The notes: generated by a model from the letters alone, not told the origin. DNA of 64,000 nucleotides from Raja brachyura (GCA_963514005.1 OY740804.1:4712001-4776000); one strand, 5' to 3'; shown: positions 1 through 14,600, counted from the first letter of the stretch. A program made the numbers and translations.

Positions 1-335
1 TGTTAGGGAGATGTTAAAACAGGCTGCACCTCCTTGGCCTTCTGAGGTGTTGTAGTGCTTTCTGGGCTGTCGCTTCAATATGGTTGGTATAGGACAAATC
101 GTTGGTGATGTTTACTCCCAGGAACTTGGAAGTTCTCGACCATCTCCACTTCGGCACCAGAGATGCTGACTGCGGCTTGTACGCTACCTTGTTTTCCAAA
201 ATTAATAACTATCTCCTTTGTCTTGGGGAGAGGTTATGGTCATGACACCATTTTACAAACCCCTCTATCTCCTTCATTTATTCTGTCTTGTCATTATTCG
301 AGACCCATCTCACTCTGATGGTGTAATGTGCAATT
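1..335 (-). mobile_element. Degenerate LINE RT fragment (Rex-Babar/L2-type); related 3' fragments at about 20185-20725, 33350-33790, 35650-35990, 41075-41640 and 63705-64000
   Basis: Minus-strand translation KFLGVNITNDLSYTNHIEATAQKALQHL; LLPSGKRYRSIRSRTSRFCNSFFPRAIR in the copy at about 33.5 kb. Confidence 0.7.
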
Positions 336-2240
336 TGGCACTCAATGGGTTTGTATCCAAAAATGCATTCATTATTTTCTGGGGGGGGTGGTGGGATTGT
401 GGAGGTTTTGCTGGTGAATAAGGAGGTTTTTAATCCTGGTGTAGGTTTAATGACACCGTTAAAATATTTCACTTTTTTAACTGGAGAAACTCAGCGGGTG
501 CGGCTGCATCTATAGAGCGAAGGAAATAGGCAACGTTTCGGGCCAAAACCCTTTTTAGAGTCTGAAGAAGGGTTTCGGCCCGAAACGTTGCCTATTTACT
601 TCGGTCTATAGATGCTGCCGCACCCGCTGAGTTTCTCCAGCTATTTTGTCTACCTTCGATTTTCCAGCATCTGCAGTTCCCTCTCGATCACTTTTTAAAC
701 TACCAACTCTATTTGTCAAATACTTCTTGACAAGTAGTGGGCTGGCGATTGTATAGTTGCGAAGTGTGGTCTTGTTTTCAACCTCCCTCATTCCTCGTGG
801 TTCCCTGCAGGGACTTCATTGAACTAGTGCGCTTACTCACATGTACAAGTACCATGCTCTACATTTGGTATTCTTACTATAGCTGACATATTTAGGTATG
901 TTCCCACCTATCTTCTGCCACCTTTCACAATAAATCAAATCAAATTGATGGGAATGCGTGAGAGAATATGTTGCAGGAATAGAAAAAATCAGGAGATTCA
1001 AAATGGGACCTAGGATTGCTTCTCTGGGAACCAGCATGATGGACTGAATGGCCTTTTTAAAATATCTTTATAAGACTGCATATTTTGCTTGCTTTCTTGT
1101 TTCTAGTTATAGATATTTTGCTTGACTATCAAAAAGTGATGATTTACTTGCAAAAAGAAATATTCAGACCAAATGTGAATGAAAAGCAAATATTTAAAAT
1201 TCTGATTTACCATATTACAATAAATTGACCATTTAAAAAAAATAGAAATGCTTCCACAAAGGTTTAAATGGTACTTGAAACTTGTTTACGAATGATGTAA
1301 TTATCCGGTAGATTGTAACGTGCATCATCTGGTCTGTGGCCAGAAGTTTGGTGACACTAGATTGTACAAGTCCACAGTTTACGACCTCAAGTGTAAAAGA
1401 TATATGTATCATCACATGAAATGGTTGTAAACAGCATGTTTGAATGATTAGAACTGAGCAGTGTGTTGTTCCAGCAATGGGGGAAATGGTCTTATGTTCC
1501 TCACATTTGGCCTTTCGGTGCAGCAGAATGAACTAAATGAGTGCTGATGTGTTCATCATTTGCCTTCCTTACCTGTTCTGGCCTCTGTGCAGTATGGCTG
1601 ACTCTTCTAAAGCGGGACAGTCATGATTTGTTTGAAACCAATTCAACAGTTCAACACGAAGGCCCACCATCTTACATGGTCCCTTGGGATTGTGGATGAC
1701 CTGCTTCCACTCTGGCTCTGGGGAGGCTCATGAGGGCACTATGGGAACTCCAAGCTCTTCCATGGATGGGCCAAGGGTTGGTTGGTGGGGCAGGTGGGCA
1801 TTGCATGAATTGTCTGCTTTTGTAGAGACTCTGTGCTCCCGATGTGTGGCCCTGGGAGGGAGCTAGAAAGGAGCATCATCACATTAGCTTGTTGCCGGTT
1901 ATTTTAGCGCTGTGAAACTATTCTATAACAATATGGTAAATGAGGATTTCCCTAATTTGTTTGATCTACTGGTTATATTTCGTTGGAGTATATTAAATGC
2001 AACTTTTGCACTGTGATTGCTTATTAATTTTGTTCATGAAGATTGCTGAAAAATTGTAATTATGCTGAAGTATTGCAATAAAATTATTGAAAAATTATGA
2101 TGTTTTTAAGGTGACTTGTGACTGGGGATACATTTTCCGTATGTGTGTTTAGTTGGTCTGATCTGTTTAAAACAAAGAAAATGTGCTTGTTTAGTTATAG
2201 GACGGAAAGGGGTCCTTCGGCCCAACTCATCCATGCTGAC

Positions 2241-3855
2241 TGTTACGACTCCCGAAGGCAAGTACGTCAGAGCCGCGTAACATAATAAAAAAAACAGGTT
2301 CAAGTTTAAGAAAACAGTCTTTAATTTACTTAAGAGAAGACAAAAACCCAAACCTGATTTAAACAACAGTCAGGGACAAGAATCGACTAATAAACAAATA
2401 TAACAGTGCTCCAGCCAGCCTCGCAATGGACCGTCGAACCAGAGTCTCTAACCTGCCTAAATGGAGATAACCCTGAAACAAAATACACGAAAACCCTCAG
2501 GTCAGCCCTTATCCGTCCCAATACAACATTAAATGACAAATATAGGTAACAATACACAAAGTTCTATGCCATGTGGCCAGGCCTCCTGCAGCCCTGCAGC
2601 TCAGACCTGTTGGCTTAGTCAGGGTCGACGAAGAAGAGAAAGACTTCTGGGAACTCCTGGTATTTAAGCTTCCGACGAGTCACTGTCACCTGACGCAGCT
2701 TGGCCAATCGGGTACAGGAGCTCTTAACCCCTTGATTCCTGACTCCCAGCCACGGGGCCTGCACTCAGGAGAGAAACAGAAAAGGTAAGTACATAGCATT
2801 CACCGGGGGGGCGGGGGGGGGGGGGAGTGCCTAACACCCCCACCCAAAGATACTGAATAAGCTTTGGAAGAAACTATTCAGTACTAAAACACTACTGGGG
2901 CCACAAGGAGTCAGCCAAGATATTATCCTTGCCCCTGATGTGCCTGAACTCCAGGTTGTATTCTTGCAGCTGCCAACTCCAGCTCATTAACCGCCGGTTC
3001 TTATTCTTCATGTTCTGCAAAAAAACCAAAAGGTCGTGATCCGTGAATACGATGACAGGGACATTCGAGGAGCCCACATAAACCTCAAAATGACTCTGAG
3101 ACATTAACACAGCAAGGGTTTCTTTCTCAATGGTGGAGTACCACTTCTGATGGGGATTAAACTTCTTAGAGAAGTACAAAACTGGATGCCCCACCCCATC
3201 TGAATCATCCTGTATAAGAACCCCACCAACCCCACGATCACCAGCATCCACAGCCAGCTTAAATGGACGCTCAAAATCAGGTGCCGCAAGCACAGGTGCT
3301 TTTTGTGTACCCACCAAAGCCACAGGCTTTGCATTTTTCTTGTGCAGGATGGAACACGACTTTAAGATGTGCCCGCTCCCTTTACAATAGTAGCAAACAG
3401 GACCTTCCTTAGTCCTGAAATCTCCGTCAATCTTATCAGCTTGGACCTCCCCCTGTATCAATGTTCTGACACTTGCAGGCACAGAAACAGCTTTGACACT
3501 GCCACCGGCGACACCACCGCGATTAAACGGCCGTGCACCTAAACTATAAGATCGCCCAACAAACTCAGTTTTATGAGTCAATACATACTCATCTGCTAAC
3601 ACCGCAGCTTTAGACACCTCCGTCACCTTCTGCTCATTAAGGTAAGTAGCAACCCTCTCAGGGAGACAGTTCTTAAAGTCTTCCATAATCATCAAGGCCC
3701 GCAGCAGCTCAAAATCCTTCACTCCTTGAGAAGCGCACCACCTGTCAAAAAGTGCCCTTGATTCCTGACTCCCAGCCATGGGGCCTGCACTCAGAGATAC
3801 AGAAAAGGTAAGTACATAGCATTCACTGGGAGGGGGAGGGGGAAAGCGTCTAACA
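2241..3855 (-). mobile_element. Internally deleted Ty3/Gypsy (Gmr1-like) LTR retrotransposon
   Basis: Termini TGTTA...TAACA with a 5-bp TSD CTGAC (2236-2240, 3856-3860). Full 3' LTR 2241-2836 with an adjacent polypurine tract; about 100 bp of the 5' LTR (about 3756-3855) matches about 2730-2836. ORF 2892-3881 encodes SCAN-like capsid, a CCHC knuckle (CYYCKGSGHILKSC) and RNase H (PFKLAVDA...YSTIEKETLA...GKDNILADSL). Confidence 0.9.
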
Positions 3856-5648
3856 CTGACCAAGATGATCCATAGCCCCATCTACACTGGTCCTATTTGT
3901 CCATGCATTTCACATAGCCCTCTGAACCTTTCCTATCCATGTACCTGTCCAAATATCTTTTAATAAAAAGCTGTTGGTTTGCAGCAGTAAGCGCAAATTG
4001 CTAATTCTTTAAAAATGTGCCTTACTAGTTAAAAATGCTTTAGGAAATCTTGCTCTTTGTGGTCCCTTTTGGAAGAGTAACATAACATAATAGAATTCTT
4101 CACTAAGCTATGGAGTGAAATAGTTGAAACAGAAACCAAAGTCCTAAATCTTAACAAATTATAAAAGAATGAGAAGTGAGTTAGCTACTGTGCTCATACT
4201 GCATGGAAACAGGCCATTTGGCCCAACTTGCACATACTGTCCAAGCTGTTCCATCAACACTAGTCCCACCTGCCTGCGTTTGGCCCATATCCCCCAAAAC
4301 CTTTCCTGTCCAAATGTTTTTTAAATGTTGTTAGAGTACTGCCTCAACGACCTCCTGTGGCAGCTCCTTCCATATAGCCAACACCTGTGTGGAAAAAGTT
4401 GTTGAACATTCTTATTAAGAATTCTGAAGAAGGGTCTCGACCCGAAAACGTCGCCTATTTCCTTCGCTCCATAGATGCTGCCTCACCCGCTGAGTTTCTC
4501 CAGCATTTTTGTTTACCTTCGATTTTCCAGCATCTGCAGTTCCATCTTAAGCACATTCTTATTAAATCCTTCTCCTTTCACCTATGTCCCCTGGTTCATG
4601 ATTCTTCTCTCTGCATCTGCTCTATATATTCTCCTTGTGATCTTATACAACTCTATAAGATCACCCCTCATCCTCCTGCGCTCTAAGGAATAAAGTCCTA
4701 GCTTACCCAACCTCTCCCTATAGCTCCGCCGGTGCTCAAAACCTGGCAACATCCTCGTAAATCTTCTCGGCACTCTTTCTAGATTAACAACATCTGTCCT
4801 ATAGAAGGGTGACAAAAACTGAACACAATGTTCCCGATGTGGCCTCACCAACGTCTTGTACAATCGTAACATAACATCCCAACTTCTAGATACTTTTGTG
4901 TTTCAATTAATCTCATTGAAACATATAAGAATGTTAAGGGCTTGGACGCGCCAGAGGCAGGAAACAAGATCCCGATGTAGGGGGGAGTTCAGAACCAGGG
5001 GCCACGGTTTAAGAATAAGGAGTAAGCCATTTAGAACGGAGACGATGAAACACTTTTTCTCACAGAGTTGTGAGTCTGTGGAATTCTCTGCCTCGGAGGG
5101 CGGTGGAGGAAGGTTCTCTGGATGCTTTCAAGAGAGAGCTAGATAGGGCTCTTAAAAATAGCGGAGTCAGGGGATATGGGGAGAAGGCAGGAACGAGGTA
5201 CTGATTGGGGATGATCAGCCATGATCATATTGAATGGTGGTGCTGGCTTGAAGGGCCGAATGGCCTACTCCTGCACCTATTGTCTATTGTCTAATTGTGT
5301 CTGAATTGATAACCATGATTGAATTAGGAAGAGTATACCAATTGTAGTCTGGTGTGTGCCTTAAATAAAAGCTCCATGCATCAAGAGTGAGAATAAAACA
5401 AATACCCAAAGAGAAAGGTGCAAAGAAGTGAACAGGCCGATTTTAAAATCTCTGAAGTACCTTCTGAAGTGATTTTGATGTGAAATGTGAATTGCATGAA
5501 TTCTGGAGCGTCTGCAAACTCCAGGCAAAACTGTAGCTGGCCTGCAGACGAGAGTTGGGTTTATAACGCGGTGCGAGGAGGCGGCGCTTGGTTTGTGTTG
5601 CACGGATTGTCGGCGGGGAGGTCGTAAAGTGCAGTTGCAATCCTAACC

Positions 5649-5690
5649 ATGGCGAAGACGATGATACTGGGCTACTGGGACATCCGCGGG
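5649..5690 (+). CDS. GSTM: GSTM coding exon 1 (MAKTMILGYWDIRG)
   Basis: Strong Kozak context ACCATGG; donor GGG|GTAAGC at 5691. Confidence 0.95.
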
Positions 5691-8600
5691 GTAAGCACCA
5701 GCAGCTTGTATCAGCCTGGTCCAGGACACTTGTCAATCAAACGGGTCCCGGGGATCCGGGCCTCATTGACGCCGCACAATCCGAGTGCAGCTCGGGCCTT
5801 GTACGTTGCATAACTCGTTTGCAAAATGAAAACGCTTTATTTTTTGGTTTTAGCGCGCTAATTGTTGCCCTTTGTTTGCATTTTTCCCCCTACGCCCAAT
5901 ATTTGCTTTCCAACATTCTGCTCCTGCAAACAAACTCTTTCAATGTTATTGCATCTGTTTCCAAGGCGATTTTTAAAAATTGCATCGAAACACAAAGTGC
6001 TGGAGGAACTCAGTGGGTCGCGCAGCATCTGAGGAGAAAATGCACAGGCGACGTTTCAGGTCGGGACTCTTTTAGACTTTACTCGAAACCAAAGATTATA
6101 GAGGAGCTCCTCCAGTATCTTTGCTCGAAACGTCGCACGTGCAGTCCTTCCATAAATGCTGCCGGTCCCGCTGAGTTAATGTAGCATTTTGTATTTTGCA
6201 CAGGATATCAGCGTCTGCAATTCCTTTGTGCCTGCATTTTGCACCCTTTCTGTGTCTCTGCCGCTTTTACTTGGGCGGTTGGAACCAAATAACCAGTGCA
6301 CACCCACAACGAATGTCTGCAAACTTGTAATTCCACATCGGTGCAGTTTAAACTTTGTATTAAACCCAACGTAAGAAATTTCAAAGCTGGACTGGCTGCG
6401 TCTACAGAAAGAAAACGAGTTGTACGACGACGCCAGAATTAAAAAAAAAAATGCAATAAGTTTTGTAGCAGGGCGGGGAGGAGACGAGAAGCGCTGAGAT
6501 TTCGGAGGAGTAATGCCAGTGGGAATTGCAAAGTGTTGAGGTTAGTGAACAACAAAAACGTAATTGGGGCAATTTGTCTTTATGTTGTTTTACCATGTCT
6601 CCACCATTTTCATCAGTGAAATCTCTCTCTTGGCTCTCTTCCATTCTTTGCTTCCAACGTTACTAGATGTAAACTGGAGAAACAAGTTTACAACCTAACA
6701 ATATGAAGCTTAATTGGGCGCAGTGGTAGTTATTTGTTGCCAGAGACCCAGGTGGTTTGATCCTTATCTTGCCCAAAGAGCCCTATATAGCTCTCTCTTG
6801 CAAGTATCCAGAGATCCGGCCTCCACCCTCCTCTGAGGCAGAGAATTCCACAGACTCACCACTCTCTGTGAGAAAAAGTGTTTCCACGTCTCCGTTCTAA
6901 ATGGCTTACTCCTGAACTTGGACTACATAGTTTAGTGCTATCAGTTTATCCCCTCTCGATCTCTCTTTTGTTCCACCATCCTTCCCTCCAGATTTGACAC
7001 TAGTTGCACAAGAAGATCTTTATTTCTGTACATTTATGTCTTTTCGCCTTCATCCGCAGATTATTAACTAATAATTTTGTTCTGAACGGGCTGCTGGTTT
7101 TTTTCTGCACGACCAGGAATTCTCAGTTGAGATCATTGGGTGGGTTAACAATGCCAAGAAACTTCAAATCGTTTTGAAATCATTAACTTTTTCTGTTGAT
7201 GCAATCCTCCCTGCCTTGGATTACACTGTTGTAAAATAACCATGGCTACAGTTTTATACAGCACGCCTTAAATTGTGTCGAGCAGTGCAGTGGTAGAGTT
7301 GCTGCCTCACAGCGCTGGAGACCTTGATTTGATCCTGACCACGGGTGCTGTCTGTACAGAGTCTGCGTGCTCCCTTTGTGTCTGCATGGGTTTTCTATGT
7401 GATCGGAGTAGAATTAGGCCATTCGGCCCATCAAGTGTACTCTGCCATTCAATCGTGGCTGAGATCTCTCTCCCTCCTAACCCCATTCTCCTGCCGTCTC
7501 TCCGTAACCTCTGACACCAGTACTAATCAAGAATCTTATCAATCTCTGCCTGGTTTCCTCCCACACTCCAAAAAACGTATGTTTGGAGGTTAATAGGCTT
7601 TGGTAAAATTATAAATTGTTCCTAGTTTAGTTTAGAGATACAGCACGGAAACAGGCCATTCGGCCCACCGAGTCCTCTCCAACCAGCAATCCCACCCCCC
7701 AACACTATTTTACACACACTAGGGACAATTTACAATTATACCAAGCCAATTGACCAACAAACCTGTACATCTGAGTGTGGGAGGAAACCGGAGATCCCAG
7801 AGAAAACCCACGCTAGTGGGTAGGATAGAGCTAGGGTACGGGGAGATCGCTGGCCGGCGTAACTGAGGACCGGATTCCGTGCTGTGTCTCGAAAGTCTGC
7901 GGCCAAGAAGATAAAAATATAATCTGCTTGCTGTCCACTGTGTACGATATGTCCTGGGAACTGATATAAACTGATCCCGCCCCCCCCCCCCCCCCCCCCC
8001 CCCACACACTTCCTGTTTCCACTTCATTTTGTTACTTTCTTTGGTTAGCTTTACTTCCTGAAGCAAATGCACAACAAACACCACGAGACTTCATGGCTCA
8101 GCTGGTATCAGGTAACTGAACCTCCTCTCACCAACTAGAGAGTGGTCCTGACTGCCCATCTAGTCCATTGGAGACCCATGGAGTATCTTTAAATGGACTT
8201 TATCTTGCACTAAACGTTATTCCCTTTATCCTGCATCTGGACACTGTGGACGCCTCAATTATAATCATGTACAGGTGTATCGCCGATTTCCCGACGCCCT
8301 TTGTTCCAGAGCCTTTCTGGGTTGTCCGTTTGGCCGGACAAACGGATGTCCCAACTGAGGGGAAATGGACAAGACACCAGTTTTGGGTTGGGACCCTTCT
8401 GCGGGCCGATTTTGGATTTGCAATTCCACGACCTTGTTCTTTTCACGCTTGCACTTTTTGTCTTATCATCTCTGGCCTTTGTCCAATCATCTGCCTATCA
8501 AAATGTCCCCTCGCCTGTACCCACCTATCGCTTGCCAGGCTTTGTCCTGCCCCTCCTCCCATCCAACCTCTCCCCCCGACTACAATCAGTCTAAAAAATG

Positions 8601-11600
8601 GTCCTGACCTGATACGTCGCCTATCCGTGTCTTCCTAACCAGCTGAGTTTGGTTTAAGTTAGAGATACAGTATGGAAACGGGCCGTTCGGCCCCCTGAGT
8701 CTACGCTGCCCATCGATCAATATCACACTAGTGCAATGTGATCCTACTTTTCCTCTACACTAGGAGTAAAAAAACCAGCAGCTAATTAACCTACAAACCC
8801 GCACGTCCATGCGACGTGGGAGGAAACCAGAGCACCCGGAGGAAACCCACGTGGTCACAAGGAGAACGCACAAACTGTGCACAGACGGCACCCGTAGTCA
8901 GGATCGAGCCCGTGTCTCTGGCGCAGCGAGGCAGCCACTGTTACTCCAGCAATTTGTGCCGTTAATGTGTGCTATGCGCTGACTGTATGATGAATTGTCA
9001 TCGACCTGACCGATTACATTTCTGTCGCGCTAAGGGAGAAGATTTCCATTAGAATCTGTCGACATGAGCAAAACCACAATCTCTGGCTGTCAGCACTATT
9101 TTTGGGACTTGCTGTTCACAAGTTAGCGGCCGTTTGTCACTTAACCCAGATGGCTGCAGTTCCTAATAATTTGGTTGTGAAGTTCTTTCGGGATGTGTGT
9201 GTGTCTGGTCCACTAGTTCTCATTTTGAATCTCTTGTCACAGCTGGCGCAGCCAATCCGCTTGCTTCTGGAATATACCGGGACTCCTTACGAAGAGAAGA
9301 TGTACTCGTGTGGAGACGGTACGTCGGTGCGCGCTTGCGTGAGTGACTGAAGACCATCGAAGGCGTGTGTGTGCGGGTGTGAATGCGTGCGGGTGCAAAT
9401 GTGTGCAGGACTGAATATGTGAGATGAGAGCAAAGTTTAAAGGAGATGTGCAGGGAAAGGTCCTTTCCCCGGGGGTGGAGAGCGCCTGGAGCGCGCTGCC
9501 AGGTTACGATTGTGGCGTTTGGCCGATTTTAGATAGATTTTAGACAGTGTGTGTGCGCGCGCAGGACTGAATGCCATTGTACCTGGTGTTTCTGCTCTGT
9601 GGTAACTTAACTTAAAATGGCTTCTCATTTAAGTTTGCACATTTTCTTGTCAATTATCAGTGTTTGTTGTGTCGTTTATTGTCACGTGCACCGAGGTAAT
9701 GTGAAAAGCTTTTACTCCATGCTATCCAGTCAGCGGAATGATTACAATCAGGCCGTCCACTGCGTGCAATAAAAAGGGGCTGGGGTAGTCAACAGGCCGG
9801 GCAGCGTCTGTGGACAGAGAGAGAGGAACAGAACTGATGCTTCTGATCAGTGACCGTCATCAGCACTGAGTGAGGGAGTGGGTGCATTATAATTTGTAGA
9901 GGTGGAAAGAATACAGATCCATCGTAAAAGGAAAAATGTGAAAATAAGAAATGCTGCTGTCGGAGTAAAGATAGACAATAGGTGCAGGAGTAGAGGCCAT
10001 TCGACCCTTCGAGCCAGCACCGCCATTCAATGTGATCATGGCTGATCATCCCCAATCAGTACCCCGTTCCTGCCTTCGCCCCATATCCCCTGACTCTGCT
10101 ATTTTTAAGAGCCCTGTCTAGCTCTCTCTTGAAAGTATCCAGAGAACCGGCCTCCACCGCCCGAGGCAGAGAATTCCACAGACATCGGAAACGTGTTTCC
10201 TGCTTCTAGCGTGTCCAAAGCCTTAATAATCTTAATAAGATTTAAAAGAGTGGGGTGATTGAAATGTGTGACCACTCACTCACTCACTCACTCACCTGGC
10301 TTAGACGCCATCTTGGATAGTGTGTTGTGGAATCTTTGCATCAGAGTTGGATTGTATTTATGTATAGTATTATCTGGTTGTGTGACAGGCAACACAGCTT
10401 TTCGCTGAATCTTGGTGCACGCGACAATCATAAATCTAAACCTAATGTGTTTTCCGAAACGTAACGTTGAATGTCATTTGTTTCCAGCTCCAACTTATGA
10501 CCGAAGCTGCTGGACTGATGTGAAGTTGACACTTGGACTGGATTTTCCCAACGTAAGTGTAGACACCAGTCCGTGATCAGTCATCACATTATACATGGAA
10601 CAGAACAGCACAGGAACAGGCCCTTCGGCCCACAATGTCTGTACCGGACATGATGCCAAGTTAAACTAATCGCTCTGTCTGCATTTGATCCATATCCCTC
10701 CATGCCTTGCTCTTCCATGTGGCTATCCATCTAAAAGCCGCCTTAATTGACGCTCTTGCATCTATCTCCGCCACCACCCCGGCACTGCGCGCCAACCACC
10801 CACCACCATGGGTATGAATGAACTTGATTCACACACATAATGGCTTTAATGGTTCATTGGTTTCGGTAAAATTGTAAATTGTCCGTATTATGTAGGATTG
10901 TGCTGGTGTACAGGGGGATCGCTGGTCGGCACGGACTCGGTTGGGCCAAAGGGTCTGTTTCCTTGCTGTGTCTCTAAAGTCTAAAGAGGGCATAACGTTA
11001 AGGTGAGAGGGAAAAGGTTTAAATTCGGAGGTACTGCCTGGAAACGGACCCTTCGGCCCACCGAGTCCGTGCAATCCCCTTACACTACCCACTAAGTTTA
11101 CAGAGTCCAATTAACCTACAAACCTGCATGTCCTTGGGAGGAAACCGGAGCACCTGGAGAAAACCCACATGGTCACGGGGAGCCAACTCCGTACAGACAA
11201 GCACCCGTAGTCGGGATCGAACACGGGTCGGTGGCGCTGTGAGGCAGCAACTTTACCGCTGTGCCACCCTGCCGCCGATCTCCTGTTCTAATCTCTTGTG
11301 TTTCTCTCTTTCTAGCTGCCTTACCTGATCGACGGGGATACAAAAATTTCTCAGAGTAATGCTATCATGCGTTACATTGCCCGGAAAAACAAGCTGGGTA
11401 AGATAATTCTCCTTGGCATGTGCAACTCCCCTGGACTGAGCAGTCTGTTACCAGTTCAATGTAGGATTTACCATTTCCAGTTCAGTTTATTGTCGCGTGT
11501 ACCGAGGTACAGTGAAAAGCTTTTGTGCGTGCAATCCAGTCAGCGGAAAGACAATACATGATTACAATCGAGCCATTTACAGTGTAGATACCTGGGAATA

Positions 11601-14600
11601 ACGTTTAGTGCAAGGTAAAGCCTGTAAAGTTCGATCAAAGATAGTCCGAGGGTCACCAATGAGGAAGATAGTAGTTGGGGACTGTTCTCTAGTTGTGGAA
11701 GGTGGTACAGTTTTGCACGACTGACAATAGACAATAAGTGCACGAGTAGACATTCGGCCCTTCGAGCCAGCACCGCCATTCAAGGCGATCATGGCTGATC
11801 TTTGTAAATTATGTAAATGTCCATTCATGCTTTGGAAGTTGGGTGAAGATGGAATGTGATTCCGGTCCACTTCTGGAGTTGGTTGCTTCTGTATAATGTA
11901 GAGAGGAAACTTTCTTTGGAAAACAGCACCTTTGGAGGGAACGGACAGGCGACATTTCGGGTTAGGGTAGAGAAAGACACAGAGTGCTGGAGTAACTCAG
12001 CGGGACAGGCAGCATCTCTGGAGAACGTGGATCGGTTACATTTCGAGTCGAGTTGAGAGAGTTTATTGTCATGTGTCCCAGATAGGACAATAAAATGACC
12101 CTTGGTTCATAAGTGATAGGAGCAGAATGAGGCCATTCGGCCCATCAAGTCTACTCTTTATGACCGCTCCACCTCTTCTTCTTAACCCCATTCCCCTGCC
12201 TTCTCCCCGCAACTCCTGACACCCGTACTAATCACCCATTCTTCAAATAGAATTGGGTAAGGAGGGGGAAAACCTGGAAAAGTGAGATGGGGTGAGATAG
12301 AGACTGGCGAGTGAGAGGTGGATACGGATGAGATGGGGAGGGTTGTTTTTTGTCAGATGGATGGAGTGAGGGACAAAGGCTAGGGCCTTCGATAAGGGGG
12401 GGGGGGAGTGAAATACAAGGCCAAAAGGGGCGGGATATGAGGGAAACGAGGGGCTCGGCGATGGCAGATGAATGTATGAAGGAGCAGAGTAATTGGGGAG
12501 GTGTGGGAAATGGGAGCTCACCAGAGTGGGGTGAGGTGGGGGGGCGGCACGGGAAAGATTGGGGTCCTAAATTTCTTTTGACGTATTGTGCAATTCCACG
12601 GCAAGATTGCACGGATTTGCCGACCATGCGCTTTCAGTTCTGCCTCTTCACTGAACGTTGTGTAACCAGTTCCACAATTTGCAATGTGCAGGAAGTTGGT
12701 TTCAACCCAAGATAGACAATAGGTGCAGAAGTAGGACATTCGTCCCTTCGAGCCATGCAATGTGATCATGGCTGATCATCCCCAATCAGTACCCCGTTCC
12801 TGCCTTCTCCCCATATCCCCTGACTCTGCTGTTTTTAAGAGCCCTATCTAGCTCTCTTGAAAGCATCCAGAGAACCTGCCTCCACCGCCCTCTGAGGCAG
12901 AGAATTCCACTGACTCGCCACTCTCTGTGAGGAAAAAGTGTTTCCTCGTCTCTGTTCTAAATGGCTTGCCCCTTATTCTTAAACTATATTCTTAAACTAA
13001 ACTAAGATAGACACAAAAAGCTGAAGTAACTCGGCAGGGTCTCGAGAGAAGGAATCTGAGTTTTCGGGTCGAGACCCTTCTTCAGACCAGTCCGAAGAAC
13101 GATCTCGACCCGGAAAGTCACCCATTCCCCCTCTCCATAGATGCTGCCTCGCCCGCTGAGTTCCTCCAGCATTTTCGTCTTGCCTTCGATTTTTTTTCCA
13201 GCATCTGCAGTTCTTTTTTAAACATGTGTGAGAAGGAACTGCAGATGCTGGTTTACACTGACGATGCGAGCCGGGAGGTTCCCTGATAGATTGGCGCAAT
13301 ACGCTGGAGTAACTCAGCGGGCCACACAGCATCTCTGGAGAAGGGTGAACCGTCACCTAGCCCTTCTCCCCAGAGATGCAGCCTGACCCGCTGAGTTACT
13401 CCAGCACTTTGTGTCTTTTTTTCTTTGACCTGTAGCTGCTGGTCTTGGTTGTGCCACCCATCAGCTGCTCCCTGCAGCTCTCCTTCCCCCGCCCTACCAC
13501 ACATCAAATAACCGCTGCGCTTGCTATACGTCCATATGGGATAGGAGCAGAATTAGGCCATTCGCTCCATCCAGTCTACAATTCAATCATGGCTGACCTA
13601 TATTTCTCTCGCAACCCCATTCTCCTGCCTTCTCCCCATAACCCCTGCAACCTGTACTAATGAAGAATCTATCTATCACTGCCTTAAATTATCCATTGAC
13701 GACCTCCGCAGATGTCCGTGGCAATGAATTTCACAGATTCACCACCCTCTGGCTAAAGAAATTCCTCCTCATCTCCTTCCTCAAGGAAAGCACCTTTAAT
13801 TCTGAGGCTGTGCCCTCTGGTCCCAGACTCTCCCACTAGCGGAAACATTCTCTCCACATCCACTCTGTCCAGGCCTTTCACTATCAGTCTGCTCTGTATT
13901 TCCTGTGGTGTTTCACTCGGATCAAAACTATCTGAATTCCTTTGCACAGTTGGCGAGACTGAGGCTGAGAAGACGCGTATGGATGTGGTGGAGAACCAGG
14001 CCATGGATTTCCGCATGGGCTTTGCACGAATGTGCTACAACCCTGATTTTGTAAGTTTTTCACTCTGTTGAGTCACAAAACCCCAGTGTTCGTTTTGCTA
14101 TGAAGCAAGGAGCTTCTTGTGAGAAACATGGACAGGTACGTGGATAGGAAAGGTTTAGAGGGATATGGGCCAAATGCTGGCAGGTGGGACTAGTGTCGGT
14201 CGACATGGGCTAGTCGGACCGAAGGGTCTGTTTCCATGATGTATGAATTTATGCAGAGTGGGAAGCCTGGTTGTTCAGTGAACCTTGGCGAGGCGGGTAG
14301 AGCCACTGCCTCGCAGTGCCAGAGACCCAGGTTCGATCCTGACCTCGGGTGCTGTCTGTGTGGAGTTTGCACTTTCTCCCTGTGTCCACGTGGGTTTCCT
14401 CCGGGTGCTCCGGTTGTGTTCCCACCCTCCCAAGTACGTGTAGGTTAATTGGCCCTGCATATATTAAAATAATAATTGTCCCCCAATGTGTCGGGAGTGG
14501 ATGAGAAAGTGTCAAAATATAAACGTCTAAAATGTTCCCCAAGACTTGCCTCTTAATCGAGCTTTAGGTAGTTTACTGGGTTTTTTTTTAAAATGTAGAA

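Noticed and set aside
2892-3881. 329-aa ORF as a domesticated host gene
   Set aside because: It is enclosed by LTR ends and a TSD, the RNase H motifs are partly decayed, and the start lies in flanking or LTR sequence; treated as a transposon remnant.
5588-6184. 198-aa ORF over the GSTM start
   Set aside because: Different frame from GSTM exon 1, non-ATG start, and it runs through intron and Penelope-derived sequence.
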